Shown: piece by piece, positions 60,721 through 64,000 of the stretch
How positions within the stretch are numbered: the first letter of the stretch is position 1
How the letters are laid out: each line of letters begins with the position of its first letter
Assembly: GCA_951406725.2 (NCBI GenBank)
Contig: OX597822.1
Coordinates: 17,050,001-17,114,000, forward strand
DNA from: Octopus vulgaris
Taxonomy: Eukaryota
Reading direction: 5' to 3'
Length of the DNA: 64,000 bases
Made by a program: the position numbers and the translations under genes
The notes under the pieces: generated by a model
The model's input: the letters and a program-made list of their open reading frames with translations, nothing else
The model's database searches: none
Told to the model about the DNA's origin: nothing

Positions 60721-63700
60721 AGAATGACAACAACATCTTCCAACACATACCGACTGCCAGGAGAATGATAAATATAGGTTTGGACAGAGCTTTTCTATCC
60801 AATAGCTGCACTCTTGACTGGAGGGAAACATAGGCTGTAGTTAGCTGATAATCTGTGTGGAACATATGTTTGTACCTTTCTCGATGTGTGTGTGTGTGTG
60901 CGCGTGTGTGCAAGCATAGAAAATAAGTCAACAGCATTATATATATTATACGTGCATGTGTGTGTGTGTGTATTTAACATCAGTTTGACTCAGCCCAAGA
61001 TTACATAAGGTTTCATGAGTGTAGGACATGTCCACTTCATCGGACAGAGAGAGAGATGGGGGAGAGGAAGGGAGGGAGGAAGAGAGAGAGAGATAGATGG
61101 GTGAATGAAGTTTTTAGCTATTTCTTTTATGTCAGTAAGAATAAGAAGTGCATATTATTCATAGTTAAATTTTTGCCAACCACCCCCATCAGATACAGAC
61201 ATGTATGATACCACTTATGAGTACAAAGACACTACACTTCAGTTTTCAACTTGCAACAAATTTCTCCCAACTTCATTATTCTCATTAACACTATTTTCTA
61301 CACACCCAACATTATATATGTGAGAGTGTATAATATGCATATAGCAATGTTTAGTATTAACATACATACAAAATTCACAATCGTAAGAAGAGAGCAAAAA
61401 ACTGATTGGTGTCCCTACAACAAATTTAGCAGTATTTATCTTAGGATGGTTTCATATAAAGGACGGATTTTATATACTGATACTGAAACAGTAGCTGTAT
61501 ATAACCACAAGTAAAAAATACCAAGTTAACTTAGTAATAGTTTGACTTAACCATAAACTTTTAACTAAATGTCTGGGATGATTTGCTAAAATTTTCCACT
61601 AAAATGGGATGAAAAAGTCTTTGAAAATATTTTGCTTGATTTGATCTCCAAAAATCATCAGATGTGCTCCTGTTTTTTCCTTGGATATGTACCAAATATC
61701 ATCACCTGTTTAACTCCAAGCAGAGAGGGTTTCAACCATTTGGAGTTCAGTGGTCTCTTTTATCAAATTGTGTTTTACAAATGAAGCCTTTACAAGTTTT
61801 TCAAAACTAAGAGAACAACCAAGATATAATTAAACAGAAGCTAATTAAGTGCAGTGATTTGCTGATTGTATGCCATCTAACACATCCCATTTTTTAGATA
61901 TTTGTGTACAGTAATAACCCTAAAGTTAAATTTTCGCGAAAATTATTAAAGAACGAGAAGTCTTATAAAATGGAAATATATTGGAGACTGTATGAGGTGG
62001 AGGGCGGGGGGGGGGGTCACGTGAGCTTTATTTTGAAAGTAGTGATTTTTAAGGTTGATGGTGAGAACCACTTCTTTAAGAATAAGTGGTTAGAGTTAAA
62101 ACCTAGTCAGGTACTATGTAACACTTTCTCGAATAAGACCTCCAATGTCAAGTGAAGGTCACATCAATTGAAATATTGTGTGGATGAGAACGATTAAGCA
62201 AAACAAGACATTTTTATCACTAAAGATGAAGTTACTTTTTTTAAACTTTAATTACAAAACATCACCAAATCCGGTTTCATAATTTAAATATTTAACAAAT
62301 TACTTAACCAATTATCTAGCATTACATTAATGATAATTATTGTCCTAATTGAATTCTGGTAATCAGAAAAAAAAGAAGTTTATAATTTCAGATTTGGATG
62401 TTATCCAAGGATATATTTCTTTCTTTATTCATGTCATTTCAGTTGCTTTTATAGACACCTGACAATCATCTCAGGTAAAATAACAAATCAAGTGAAAATT
62501 TTGCTTATGTGTAGCTGCATCTTCATAATAATAATAATCATGATATTATATACTTGTTTGTTGATAGCAAGAAATTTTTTTCAAAGATTTGAATGCTCAG
62601 TCATCAGTTGTGTGTGTGTGTGTGTGTGTACATATGTATGTATATAAAACAGTTGAAGAGTTTTGCCTAGCTGTTGACTGGTCTTTCACCAACTATGACC
62701 CACACCTCAGAAAAAAGCAACTAAATGAAGTGTCTGATCAACATTTATGATTGTGGTACACTCAGGGAATGTTTTCCTAAGATTTACAACTTAAAATAAT
62801 ATATGGTCCCTGTTGAAAAGCAAACACTGTGTTTTTAATTTTAATTTTTTTTTAGATTTGGCTGTTATGGTGTTGGTGGTGTGGTTACTTTTGTTAATTA
62901 GGCTAAGATTATTTGTTAATGAATGTTTTTTTTTTACCTTTTCTAAAAGAATTATAGGAGATATTTTCATAAAGATTATCTAATTTGATATCAAATTATC
63001 TTAATAAGAAAACATGCACAAATGACAAAAAAAAAAATGATTGTCCCATCTTAATGTAAATATTTCATAGAGTTTGAAATTTTTACGAAACATTAAAAAA
63101 ATCTCATAAATAAAACCTCCAAGCAAGAAAAAAAAAGAATGAAAATAAAAAAGATTTGTTATAAGGAAATATAAAAGAAAATTAAATGAGAAAACCAAAT
63201 GACCAAAATAGGCAAAAATGAAAATGTTTTTCTATTTTTTTTTTGCTTCAGAAGTATATCTATATCAAAAATATACAACGCCATTTCAGTGCCTGGACAG
63301 GAATAACAGAAAATAAGAGCAGTTGAAAGCTTTGTAAAAGAAAGATATCATTAAATGTTTTCTGCCAATATTCATTAATTTTTAGAAATAATTTTTTAAG
63401 CAATAAAATCAATCAACTGCCAGAAACATTTATAAAATAGTGAAGTGGGTGAAACTGTCAGAAAGTTTTCAGTTATGTCGTTTTGAAAAACGTTGAGAAA
63501 AGTAAAAATAATTGTTGAGCAAAAGTTTCAATGAAATGCCACAGCAACTGAACAATATGCAATAGCAAATAAGTTTTAAGGAACTAAGTTTTAGGTTTCG
63601 CTATAATTTTGTTGTGAGTGAAGAAAGGAAAAGGAAAACAGGGAAAACTGTTTGCATATATTACACACAGATATATGTAAATTTATGCAGAATATACGAA

Positions 63701-64000
63701 TTATGCTATTATTTGCCTTATGACAAGAAACCTTCCATCTATGCTTAAAATAACAGCAACATAAAAGCTAAGTTATTTCTGGTGCACTCAATATGGGAAA
63801 GATTTTCAGAATCTAGTTAGCCTTGATCTTCCTCATTTCTAACTATCCTAAAATTAACTAAACTGACAAAATCTCCATTAAAATTAGGAACAAGAATAAT
63901 TAAGTCTGAATATTTGGTAGACTTTCTCAAAAGTGCTGGCATTTTGTAGTTTAATAGTTTGTTGTATCTTTGTAAAAAGATGGAAATATTTTTGTTATGA

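Noticed and set aside
62000-62025. GC box + E-box (GTCACGTGA) promoter
   Set aside because: Short motifs next to a G-run, possibly within an old transposon; not supportable alone.
62443-62474. Micro-exon (tttcag...CAG|gtaaaa)
   Set aside because: Plausible signals but expected by chance in AT-rich DNA; kept only as a test candidate.

Overview
Eukaryotic, AT-rich, microsatellite-saturated genomic DNA with no intact host protein-coding gene recognisable. The SINE families, (TA)n/(CA)n/(TAA)n density and LINE complement resemble an octopus (coleoid cephalopod) genome; this is an inference. Most long ORFs in the track are microsatellite artefacts. Real content: RTE LINE fragments with a PHD finger inside the RT; R4/Dong-type RLE retroelement 3' ends; Penelope-like elements (one near-complete Naiad-type copy with two pseudo-LTRs, Neptune-type copies, relics); Tc1/mariner elements of three catalytic spacings (DD36E, DD34D, DD37D); MITEs, including a Merlin-like palindrome with internal telomeric repeats; three tRNA-derived SINE families; a 5S rRNA-like pseudogene; and one or two candidate small exons. 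The most striking hidden signal is about a dozen type I hammerhead ribozyme motifs. Several lie in small non-coding units embedded in (TA)n tracts, including a 492-bp unit with a textbook hammerhead, an exact terminal duplication and an inverted end segment, as expected for a reverse-transcribed circular RNA (retrozyme-like element). All motifs and pairings were read by eye; coordinates of degenerate elements are approximate.
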